A stretch of 14,409 bases of DNA from an uncultured Thermococci archaeon (GCA_964615185.1 CAZTOS010000060.1:1-14409), one strand, 5' to 3'; shown: positions 1 through 7,230, counted from the stretch's first letter. The notes: generated by a model from the sequence alone, not told the origin. A program made the numbers and translations.

Positions 1-78
1 TCACTTTTAGGCAATATTTTTAAGATGTATTTCTTAACTATCATTCAAGGCGAGAGCATAAAACTTTGTGAGAAGGTG

Positions 79-2064
79 ATGCCTATTCTCATACTTGGGG
101 TTGATATAATCAGCGAAAATCCAAAGAGGTTTGCCGTGGTTAGTTGGTTCAACGGAAGACTTGAGAAAAAAGGTGAGTTCACATTCTATAGGTTACTCCG
201 TTTTATCCGGGCAAAAAGGCCGGATATAATTGCAATGGACAACATCCATGAGCTTGGTGATGGATTAAAGAAGTTTCTAAGAGCTTTACCCCAGGGAACT
301 AAGCTCGTTCAGGTCACTGGAAGACCAGGGGAGCAGAAGTCTCTTTGGAGCTTGGCAAGGGAGAATGGAATTAGAGTTGGGGATAAGTTCGATCCGTATG
401 AGGAAGCTAAGGCATGTGCCCTTCTGGCATCTAAAGGAGTTGGCTATGAGGTTTTAGCCTTTGAAGATGAGGTTATAATAAAAGTTTCCAGAGGCAGAAG
501 TCAGGGAAAAGGTGGCTGGAGCCAAGATAGGTATAGGAGAAGAATTCACAACTTGATTCAAAATAAAGTCAGAGAAATTGAGGAAATATTAAGAAGGGCA
601 GACATTCCTTTTGATCTGGAAGTTGAAGAAAAAGATTATGGTTTAGCGAGGGGAGAGTTTAAGGTATATGCTTCAAGAGAGGAATTGGCGGGACTTATAA
701 AGCCAATGCACGGTGGAGATGTTGAGATAAGGATAAAGCCTGTGGAAAGAAAGAGCTTGGAGTTTGTGCCGTTGAAGAGTGAAAAAGCCATTCAAGTGAG
801 AAAAAGCGTTATAGTTGGTCTTGATCCAGGAATAACCGTTGGAATAGCGGCTCTTGACTTGGATGGGAATATTGTGGCAGTTTACAGCGAGAGAAATATG
901 GCAGTGAGTGATATCGTGAGGTTTATCTCTGATATTGGTCATCCAATAATCATCGCAACTGATGTCAATCCAGCTCCAGGTTTGGTTGAGAAGATTGCCC
1001 GTTCATTTAAGGCTATCCTCTATGTTCCGAGGGAGAGTTTGCGTGTAGAGGAAAAGAATGAGCTTTTGAGAAATTTGGGCATTAGTGTTGATGATGATCA
1101 TCAAAGAGATGCTTTGGCAGCTGCTTATAAGGCCTATCTGAGATTGAAGCCAAAGCTTGAGCATGTTGATGCAAAGCTTAGAGAACTCGGCTTAATGAAG
1201 AAGAGCAATGAGATCAAAGCTCTGGTTATTCAGGGATATAATCTTGGAGAGGCTATAATGAAAGTCAAACTGAGAGAGAAGCCGAAAGAAGAAATTAAAG
1301 TTCTCCCTGAGGAAGAAAGCATTGATGTAACACCTTACATTGAGAAAATCAAGGAACTTGAGAAGACAATTGAAATGCTTGAAAGAGAAAATCAAGAGCT
1401 TAGAGCAATAATTGAAGAGCAGAAGAAAAAGATTGAAAAGCTTGAAGAGAAACTCGCTTATTACGATGAAGAAATTAGGGCTAAAGTAATCAAAAGCAAG
1501 GAGATTGAGATTAGGGATAAGAGAATTTCATACCTTGAGAAAGAACTTAGAGAGGCAAAAGCAATAATTGAAAAGCTCAGTAAGGATTTGGTTTTGGCAA
1601 AGAGAATGCACCTTCTTGAGCTTAAAGGGACAGCTGTGCCCCTTAAAGTTCTTGAGAGCTTAACATGGAAGGAGATAGAGAGGTTAGAGCGCTCTGCACG
1701 GATTAAAAAAGATGATATAATCTATGTTGTCAATCCTTCAGGGGCTGGAAGAAGTATAGCTGAATATCTTGTTGAAAAGGGAATCAGAGCTTTGATAAGT
1801 GCAAAAACTCTGCCAAATAATGTTTATGAGGTACTTAGAGAGAACAAAGTCCCGGTGTTTTATGAGGACGAAATTGAGGTTAAGAGAGTTGATGATTTTG
1901 CAATAGTTGACAGAGAAAAACTCGAAAATTGCATAGAGCAGAAGTTGGCTCAGTGGGAAGAGGAAGACAGGGAGAGGGAAATTCGAGAGTTCTTGAAATT
2001 GGTTGAAGAATATCGTATTGAAAGGATTAAAGAGCTTAAGAGGAAGGCTGAGGAGGAAAGCTAA
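79..2064 (+). CDS. DUF460-family protein (two RNase H-like domains plus long coiled coil; possible nuclease)
   Basis: Long ORF with LGVDI and VGLDPGITVGIAALDLDG...IIATDV...HQRDALAAA motifs typical of archaeal DUF460 proteins, followed by an E/K-rich heptad region. Start moved from 25 to ATG 79 because ATG 25 abuts a TATA-like TTTTTAAG (17-24) and the first 18 codons look non-conserved. The exact start is uncertain. Confidence 0.85.
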   Translation: MPILILGVDIISENPKRFAVVSWFNGRLEKKGEFTFYRLLRFIRAKRPDIIAMDNIHELGDGLKKFLRALPQGTKLVQVTGRPGEQKSLWSLARENGIRVGDKFDPYEEAKACALLASKGVGYEVLAFEDEVIIKVSRGRSQGKGGWSQDRYRRRIHNLIQNKVREIEEILRRADIPFDLEVEEKDYGLARGEFKVYASREELAGLIKPMHGGDVEIRIKPVERKSLEFVPLKSEKAIQVRKSVIVGLDPGITVGIAALDLDGNIVAVYSERNMAVSDIVRFISDIGHPIIIATDVNPAPGLVEKIARSFKAILYVPRESLRVEEKNELLRNLGISVDDDHQRDALAAAYKAYLRLKPKLEHVDAKLRELGLMKKSNEIKALVIQGYNLGEAIMKVKLREKPKEEIKVLPEEESIDVTPYIEKIKELEKTIEMLERENQELRAIIEEQKKKIEKLEEKLAYYDEEIRAKVIKSKEIEIRDKRISYLEKELREAKAIIEKLSKDLVLAKRMHLLELKGTAVPLKVLESLTWKEIERLERSARIKKDDIIYVVNPSGAGRSIAEYLVEKGIRALISAKTLPNNVYEVLRENKVPVFYEDEIEVKRVDDFAIVDREKLENCIEQKLAQWEEEDREREIREFLKLVEEYRIERIKELKRKAEEES

Positions 2065-2082
2065 TAAATCCTAAGCACGATT

Positions 2083-2099
2083 CTCCAATATTGGAGGTG
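2083..2099 (+). promoter_or_regulatory. Perfect palindrome CTCCAATATTGGAG overlapping the Shine-Dalgarno GGAGGTG of the endonuclease gene
   Basis: 2083-2096 is its own reverse complement. The SD lies at 2093-2099, 5 nt before TTG 2105. Confidence 0.65.
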
Positions 2100-2104
2100 T
2101 TAAA

Positions 2105-2992
2105 TTGGGTAAACTGTGGAGTGAGAAAAAGGAGCTTCAGTTCTTTAAAAGAGCCTTGAAGGTAGGAGTTCCTGTTGAGAAGCTGTTCTATTTAACAGAT
2201 GATGGGAAATATTATGCATACTATCCAAAGGGATACAAAGGCAAAAAAACGACACTTCAGTCTCGGAATGCCTACGTTGGGGATTACACTGAAAAATGGT
2301 TTAGGGATTTAATTGCCCCTATAGCTGAGGAGATGGGTTATTATGCTGTGCTTGGAGTTGTGAGTGAAGAGCTGGAGCTAACTCAAAAATCTCCCGCTGA
2401 TGTTGCCATATGCAGAACCCCGGACAGGTTCCAGAAGGCGGAAGATATTGTGATGATTTTTGAAGTGAAGATGTCGATTGTGTGGAACTGGGAATACAAA
2501 GATGGGGAAATAACTAACAGAGGTGATTTTACAACTCATAGTGGAACTCCAAGCTTGCTTCGTTCTGATTCCATGCTTAAGGCAATAGGGAAGGCTGTTA
2601 ATATACGGGCATCATCCATGAAAGCCTCAAAGATTCCAATAATAATTGTTGGGAATACTCCGATCACTAAGCATTACTATAAGAAGGTTGACAATCTAAA
2701 GAGAATTGGCATTATCCAGGGCTTCTGGTCGCTTAATCCAAGACCTACAGAGGATAACTCTCTAAATATTAAAAAGACGCCTCATGAGGGCTTTTATCGC
2801 TTTGATAGTTATAAAGAGTTAGCTGACAAACTCTCATCTCTTTTAAAGGAGGATTTACAGTTCTTTGGAGGAATGTTAAGTAAGGAAAAACTTGGCAAGT
2901 TAATTGAGCTTGCAGATAAAGAAAAAACTTACGAGGAAAAAGCACAGAGATTTCTTGAACTTCTGTGGGGTGAAAGAATTGATAAGAGTTAA
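2105..2992 (+). CDS. Putative type II restriction endonuclease (PD-(D/E)xK fold)
   Basis: 295 aa, strong SD with TTG start. Catalytic-like pattern GDYTEKW...SPADVAI...IFEVK. Directly upstream of, and overlapping, a DNA methyltransferase. Confidence 0.72.
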   Translation: MGKLWSEKKELQFFKRALKVGVPVEKLFYLTDDGKYYAYYPKGYKGKKTTLQSRNAYVGDYTEKWFRDLIAPIAEEMGYYAVLGVVSEELELTQKSPADVAICRTPDRFQKAEDIVMIFEVKMSIVWNWEYKDGEITNRGDFTTHSGTPSLLRSDSMLKAIGKAVNIRASSMKASKIPIIIVGNTPITKHYYKKVDNLKRIGIIQGFWSLNPRPTEDNSLNIKKTPHEGFYRFDSYKELADKLSSLLKEDLQFFGGMLSKEKLGKLIELADKEKTYEEKAQRFLELLWGERIDKS

Positions 2993-3917
2993 GAAAACGA
3001 AAACAGCCGAGTTTGGATCTCCAGGTAGAATAAGCCATGATTCATCCAAGTTTTATTCTCGTAGGCTCTATGAAAGTTTGCCCAAGGAAAAGAAAGTTAA
3101 ATACATTGAAAATGAAATTCCGCCAGATAAGCTTGATAAAATATTCTGCAAGAGCAGTGAGAAGATGGAAGAACTGCCAGATAACAGCGTTCACTTGATG
3201 GTTACCTCTCCGCCATATAATGTTGGAAAGGAATATGATGAGGATTATACACTTGAGGAATATCTTGATTTTCTTGAGCGGGTCATGCAGGAAGTTTATA
3301 GAGTCTTGGTGCCGGGGGGAAGAGCGGCAATAAATATTGCAAATCTCGGGAGAAAGCCTTACATTCCATTGAATGCTTTTATTTCCGAAATGATGATAAA
3401 GCGCATTGGCTTCCTTATGAGGGGAGAGATTATTTGGAATAAAGGTCCCCATGCTTCTCCTTCAACCGCATGGGGGACTTGGATGTCAGCAAAAAATCCA
3501 ATTCTCAGAGATGTTCATGAATACATACTGGTCTTTTCAAAGGACACATTTTCAAGACCAAACCCTTATAACAGAGAGAGCACGATAACAAGGGAAGAGT
3601 TTTTAGAGTGGACAAAAAGTGTTTGGACTTTTCCACCAGCTCAAGCTAAGAAGATTGGCCATCCAGCACCGTTTCCTGTAGAGCTTCCCCTGAGACTGAT
3701 AAAACTTTACACATTCAAAGGAGAAGTTGTTCTTGATCCCTTTATGGGTAGCGGAACAACGGCAATTGCTGCATTAATGACTGAGCGGCATTTCGTTGGC
3801 TATGAGATAAATCCAAAATATGTCGAGCTTGCTAATAGACGGATTGAAGAGTTTAGGAAGGAACTTGAGGCTAAGAAAAAGCAGAAGACATTAATGGATG
3901 TGATGAATCAAAGCTGA
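2979..3917 (+). CDS. Site-specific DNA methyltransferase, beta class, probably N4-cytosine (m4C)
   Basis: Motif IV VTSPPY precedes motif I VLDPFMGSGTT (beta order), with HPAPFP also present. Start reassigned to in-frame TTG 2979, 5 nt after SD GGGGTGA (2967-2973), giving a 14-bp overlap with the endonuclease gene. Confidence 0.93.
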   Translation: MIRVKKTKTAEFGSPGRISHDSSKFYSRRLYESLPKEKKVKYIENEIPPDKLDKIFCKSSEKMEELPDNSVHLMVTSPPYNVGKEYDEDYTLEEYLDFLERVMQEVYRVLVPGGRAAINIANLGRKPYIPLNAFISEMMIKRIGFLMRGEIIWNKGPHASPSTAWGTWMSAKNPILRDVHEYILVFSKDTFSRPNPYNRESTITREEFLEWTKSVWTFPPAQAKKIGHPAPFPVELPLRLIKLYTFKGEVVLDPFMGSGTTAIAALMTERHFVGYEINPKYVELANRRIEEFRKELEAKKKQKTLMDVMNQS

Positions 3918-4201
3918 TTCAGCAATTCTTTCAGCATTCTCAGATATTTTCCAGTTTCTTCAGCTCCTTTCTCTGTTATTTCAACAGCAGTCCTTGGTCT
4001 GTCTGCGAAGACTTTTGTTAGATTTACATAGCCTGCTTTCTCCAATGTCTTTAGATGAGAGTCCAAATTGCCGGGAGTTACCTCCAAAACTTTTTGTAGT
4101 TCCTTAAATAGAACCTTCCCTCTTGGCAGGAGATAGAGCATGATGCCTAACCTAATGGGATTTCCAAGCACATGGTTTTTCACCAGTTCCCTTAGTTCCA
4201 T
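3908..4201 (-). CDS. Winged helix-turn-helix transcriptional regulator (ArsR/MarR-like, HTH_34 type)
   Basis: 97 aa with NPIRLGIM...FKELQKVLEVTPGNLDSHLKTLEKAGYV...RPRTAVEITEKG signature. SD GGTGA overlaps the upstream gene's stop codon. Confidence 0.9.
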   Translation of the reverse strand: MELRELVKNHVLGNPIRLGIMLYLLPRGKVLFKELQKVLEVTPGNLDSHLKTLEKAGYVNLTKVFADRPRTAVEITEKGAEETGKYLRMLKELLNQL

Positions 4202-4205
4202 GGGA

Positions 4206-4817
4206 TCACCCTAAGGTCTTAAATGCTGAGTAGATGTATGATAGCACCGTTAGCCCAAATGCAAACGCTACAACGAACCCCGCATAGACCATTGCAGCTT
4301 TGGCAACTTTTGGAATCAAAGGAATAGCCAGCGCTGGAATCAAGAACGCTGGGATCATCTCCCTCTCTAAGCTTTTTCCGAAGTGCCAGAACGCTAAGAA
4401 CATTCCAAAGACTGCCCAGCTTATGAAGATTAAGTATCCGATCCCCAATGCTACTGGGGATTCAAACATTCCTGAAAGATATTTTGGCATGACAATCCAT
4501 CCCACTATAAATCCAGATACCCATGAGAGTGCTATTGAGAACCCAAAGACTGAAGAGCTCTCCATTTTTTTGCCTGCGCTTAAGTGTAGCTTTACCAATC
4601 TTTCCCAAATCATCCTCGTAAAGTATGCGAACACCACGAATGCCAGAGTCCAGTATACGGCCGTTAGCTGCCATGGAATTGTTTCTAAGGGCCCAATTAT
4701 TATGTAGTAGAACACCATTACCACAACCCAGACTTGAAACTGCATTGCTGCGTATATCTTCTCTGCGGCAATAAGTTTTTCCTCAACCCTCTCCAACACA
4801 GCTTTCAGCTCTTCCAT
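4206..4817 (-). CDS. Uncharacterised multi-pass membrane protein (about 6 TM)
   Basis: Several hydrophobic ~20-aa segments, co-oriented and coupled with the HTH gene. ATG 4817 follows SD-like GGTGGGG; ATG 4829 is an alternative (leaderless) start. Confidence 0.8.
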   Translation of the reverse strand: MEELKAVLERVEEKLIAAEKIYAAMQFQVWVVVMVFYYIIIGPLETIPWQLTAVYWTLAFVVFAYFTRMIWERLVKLHLSAGKKMESSSVFGFSIALSWVSGFIVGWIVMPKYLSGMFESPVALGIGYLIFISWAVFGMFLAFWHFGKSLEREMIPAFLIPALAIPLIPKVAKAAMVYAGFVVAFAFGLTVLSYIYSAFKTLG

Positions 4818-4868
4818 AATCCCCACCATTCCTAAATTTAACTTTGAAATATTTAACCCAATAAGACT

Positions 4869-4900
4869 TTCTGAAATTCAGAATAAAACGGAAATTTTAT
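4869..4900. promoter_or_regulatory. Inverted repeats in a divergent promoter region (candidate operator)
   Basis: TTCTGAA-A-TTCAGAA at 4869-4883 and ATAAAA-N6-TTTTAT at 4883-4900, lying between TATA-like elements at 4849-4856 (minus) and 4895-4900 (plus). Confidence 0.45.
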
Positions 4901-4923
4901 CGGAGTTGTAGAATGATGAGAAG

Positions 4924-5124
4924 ATGAACGCCAAATTTGAAGTGGTGATGTTTACTGCAGGATTGAGCATGATATTGTTTTGGATTGTCTTAAGGGTTCT
5001 TCTGAAGAAGGAATTTGTTTCACTCTGGGTGGCTCTCCTTCTCTTGGTATTGGGAACTGCTATGCTGATTGACAAACTGTTCCTGTCAAAAACCTTAAGC
5101 TCTCAAGAGTCTAAATTAGAATGA
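4924..5124 (+). CDS. Small hypothetical membrane protein (2 TM)
   Basis: 66 aa with two hydrophobic segments separated by RVLLKKE. Fills an otherwise empty gap, has a TATA-like TTTTAT about 25 nt upstream, and overlaps the next gene by ATGA. Confidence 0.55.
   Translation: MNAKFEVVMFTAGLSMILFWIVLRVLLKKEFVSLWVALLLLVLGTAMLIDKLFLSKTLSSQESKLE
5088..5099 (+). promoter_or_regulatory. Candidate BRE/TATA promoter (AAAAACCTTAAG) for a leaderless radical SAM transcript
   Basis: A-rich BRE plus TTAAG about 22-26 nt upstream of ATG 5121, with no SD in front of that ATG. Confidence 0.45.
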
Positions 5125-6140
5125 TGAAAATTGAAGAACTTTATCAAAAAGGAGGGGACAAAATTAGATGCCTTGTTTGTGAGAGACAGTGCATGATTGC
5201 TGAAGGAAAGAGGGGAGTGTGCAAGAACTATGTCAACTTAGATGGCAAATTGATCCACATCGGTTACGGAAAGTTAAGTGCAGTTGAGAGCAGACCAATT
5301 GAAATAAAGCCCTTCTTCCACTACTACCCAAACAGCTCTGCCTTGACTTTTTCTGGTTTTGGCTGCAACTTTTACTGTCCTTGGTGTCAGAACTATCATC
5401 TGAGCTTCTCTGAACCTCCTCAGGAATTAAGGATAATTTCTCCACAAGAACTCGTGGATTTAGCCTTGAGGGCTGGAGATGAGGGATTGTGTGCAAGCTT
5501 TAACGAACCTGCAACGCTTTACACTTACCTCCTGGATGTCTTTGAACTCGGAAAAAAGAGAGGTCTTTATGGTTGTCTTGTCACGAATGGTTATTTCACG
5601 ATTAAAGCTTTGGAAAGACTAATCGAAAGCGGTGTCTCTGGCTTCAGCATTGACATCAAGGGCTGTCCGGGAATGAAAGTTCTTACAACGATTGACCACA
5701 AGAAAGTGTTCAGAAATGCAAAGAAGGCCTTGGATTTGAATGCTCACGTTGAGATGGTCTACCTCGTTGTTACGAATGCCAACGATTTTAAAGAATGCTA
5801 TAGTTGGATCTTTAAGATGCACTCCGAAATGCTTGGAGAGAATGTTCCCCTCCACATAAACCGCTATTATCCGATGAACTACTGGAGGGAAAAGCCAACT
5901 TCTGTTAGAACGCTTTTAGCCCTCAAAGAAATTGCTCAGAAAGAGTACAACATCAACTATGTTTACGTTGGCAACATTGGTTCGATAGAGCATGAGACAA
6001 CTTACTGTCCAAAATGCGGTAAAAAGCTCATCGTTCGCTTTGGTTGTAGGGTTGTTGAATGGAATCTGACAAAAGACAATAGATGTCCAAGATGTGGAGA
6101 GAAGATTCCGATTTATGGAAATCCTAACATAAGCTTTTGA
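5121..6140 (+). CDS. Radical SAM protein, AmmeMemoRadiSam / PFL-activating-enzyme-like family
   Basis: CxxxCxxC motif GCNFYCPWCQN; N-terminal CLVCERQC...GVC cluster; PIEIKPFFHYYP; FNEP and TNGY motifs; C-terminal CPKCG...CPRCG zinc ribbon. Confidence 0.88.
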   Translation: MMKIEELYQKGGDKIRCLVCERQCMIAEGKRGVCKNYVNLDGKLIHIGYGKLSAVESRPIEIKPFFHYYPNSSALTFSGFGCNFYCPWCQNYHLSFSEPPQELRIISPQELVDLALRAGDEGLCASFNEPATLYTYLLDVFELGKKRGLYGCLVTNGYFTIKALERLIESGVSGFSIDIKGCPGMKVLTTIDHKKVFRNAKKALDLNAHVEMVYLVVTNANDFKECYSWIFKMHSEMLGENVPLHINRYYPMNYWREKPTSVRTLLALKEIAQKEYNINYVYVGNIGSIEHETTYCPKCGKKLIVRFGCRVVEWNLTKDNRCPRCGEKIPIYGNPNISF

Positions 6141-6158
6141 GTGCCTTGGCCAGCCATT

Positions 6159-7124
6159 TTAATCTACTTTAAATGTCCACCCTAACTCTTTGGCCTTCTT
6201 TTCCACCTGCAGTTTGAACTGACATGCCTTGCATATCTCCCCAGTGGTTGGCTGTCCGCAAATCTTGCAACGATTAAGCTTTCTCTTTGCATAGTGCTTT
6301 GCTAAAAGTGGGAAGAGCTTGTCGTAGCTCCTTAGAATTTGGTATTTCGTTCCTGGATGTTTTTCTTCCATCTCATTCAACCAGTCCCTTATCTCGGCTC
6401 TGAAGGCTTCAACTACATAGGGACATTCACTTAAATCAACCTCAATGTTGTTGAGAACAGCATAGAGAACGATTTCCTTTTCTGGTACTTCCCTTAAGGG
6501 CTTAATTCTTGGAACTAAATCCTCGTGAATGACCTCATAGTACGGCCCTGTCCTTCCCAGCCTCGCAATATCTCCGCGCATTATGTTCATCAAAAAGACT
6601 TGTGCCTCGTCATCTAAATTTAAGCCAATAGCTAATTTATCTGCTTGGACATCTTGGGCCGCGTAGTTGAGCAACCATCTCCTCCATACGCCACAATAAG
6701 AACAAGCACCAACCCTCTCGCCTCTCTCAAAGCTCCCCATGATTTGAACTGTCTCATCAAGGGTGAAGCCGATATATTCCTTGAAGGAATAGATGTGGTG
6801 CTCTATTCCCAAAAGCTCTGCATTCTTCTTTGCTATTTCAACACTTGCTGGACGATATCCAGCTATTCCTTCATCTATTGTTATGGCAACAATTTCAAAG
6901 GGGAATTTTTTCCTAAGCTTGGCTAAAAGATGAAGCAGAACAACACTGTCCTTTCCACCGCTTACTCCAATGGCTATCCTCTCACCGCGCTTAATCATTT
7001 TATATTTCCTCACAGTTTGCTTTACTTTTTTCTCCACTAATTCATTGAAATGTTTGTGACAGTAATATTTACCCTCGTATCGAGCGTGATAAACAGCTTC
7101 TCTCCCGCATTTTGAGCACTTCAT
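6159..7124 (-). CDS. ncsA: tRNA 2-thiolation protein, NcsA/Ctu1/TtuA family (TIGR00269-like)
   Basis: N-terminal CSKC...CHKH and C-terminal CKIC...CKAC zinc fingers, PP-loop SGGKDS, DEGIAGYR (Ctu1/NcsA-like), and CSYC plus CPY cluster ligands. SD AGGTGAGG at 7127-7134. Confidence 0.88.
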   Translation of the reverse strand: MKCSKCGREAVYHARYEGKYYCHKHFNELVEKKVKQTVRKYKMIKRGERIAIGVSGGKDSVVLLHLLAKLRKKFPFEIVAITIDEGIAGYRPASVEIAKKNAELLGIEHHIYSFKEYIGFTLDETVQIMGSFERGERVGACSYCGVWRRWLLNYAAQDVQADKLAIGLNLDDEAQVFLMNIMRGDIARLGRTGPYYEVIHEDLVPRIKPLREVPEKEIVLYAVLNNIEVDLSECPYVVEAFRAEIRDWLNEMEEKHPGTKYQILRSYDKLFPLLAKHYAKRKLNRCKICGQPTTGEICKACQFKLQVEKKAKELGWTFKVD

Positions 7125-7154
7125 AGCCTCACCTAACTTTCAGAAGAAGCTTCG

Positions 7155-7168
7155 TTTTAAAAGGGTTT
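7155..7168 (-). promoter_or_regulatory. Candidate BRE/TATA promoter for the tRNA thiolase gene
   Basis: Minus strand reads AAACCC-TTTTAAAA, with the TATA element 31-38 nt upstream of ATG 7124. Confidence 0.55.
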
Positions 7169-7213
7169 AGGTTGGGCAGAGATGACTTATTGTGAGCATA
7201 AAAACTCATTATC

Positions 7214-7230
7214 GAAAACTTTTTTATTAA
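7214..7230 (+). promoter_or_regulatory. Candidate BRE/TATA promoter for the KaiC/RAD55-like gene
   Basis: GAAAACTTTTTTATTAA ends about 31 nt upstream of GTG 7262. Confidence 0.45.

Larger units (their letters stand above)
2057..3918. repeat. Imperfect 9-bp direct repeat AAAGCT(A/G)AT flanking the R-M cassette
   Basis: AAAGCTAAT at 2057-2065 and AAAGCTGAT at 3910-3918. Confidence 0.4.

Noticed and set aside
25..78. N-terminal 18 codons of the 679-aa ORF
   Set aside because: ATG 25 lies immediately after a TATA-like element and has no SD. The recognisable domain starts near codon 19.
1320..1600. Coiled-coil region resembling SMC/myosin or a tandem repeat
   Set aside because: Compositional E/K heptads only, with no Walker motifs and no nucleotide-level repeat unit.
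2904..2978. Longer start for the methyltransferase
   Set aside because: It would overlap the endonuclease gene by 89 bp. TTG 2979 has a well-spaced SD.
673..3452. Antisense ORFs 673-942, 1192-1395, 2769-3038 and 3042-3452
   Set aside because: They are shadows of well-supported plus-strand genes, with no motifs and atypical composition.
2105..3917. Assigning a recognition sequence or named enzyme to the R-M pair
   Set aside because: Cannot be supported without a REBASE comparison or methylome data, and the window is too short for site-avoidance statistics.
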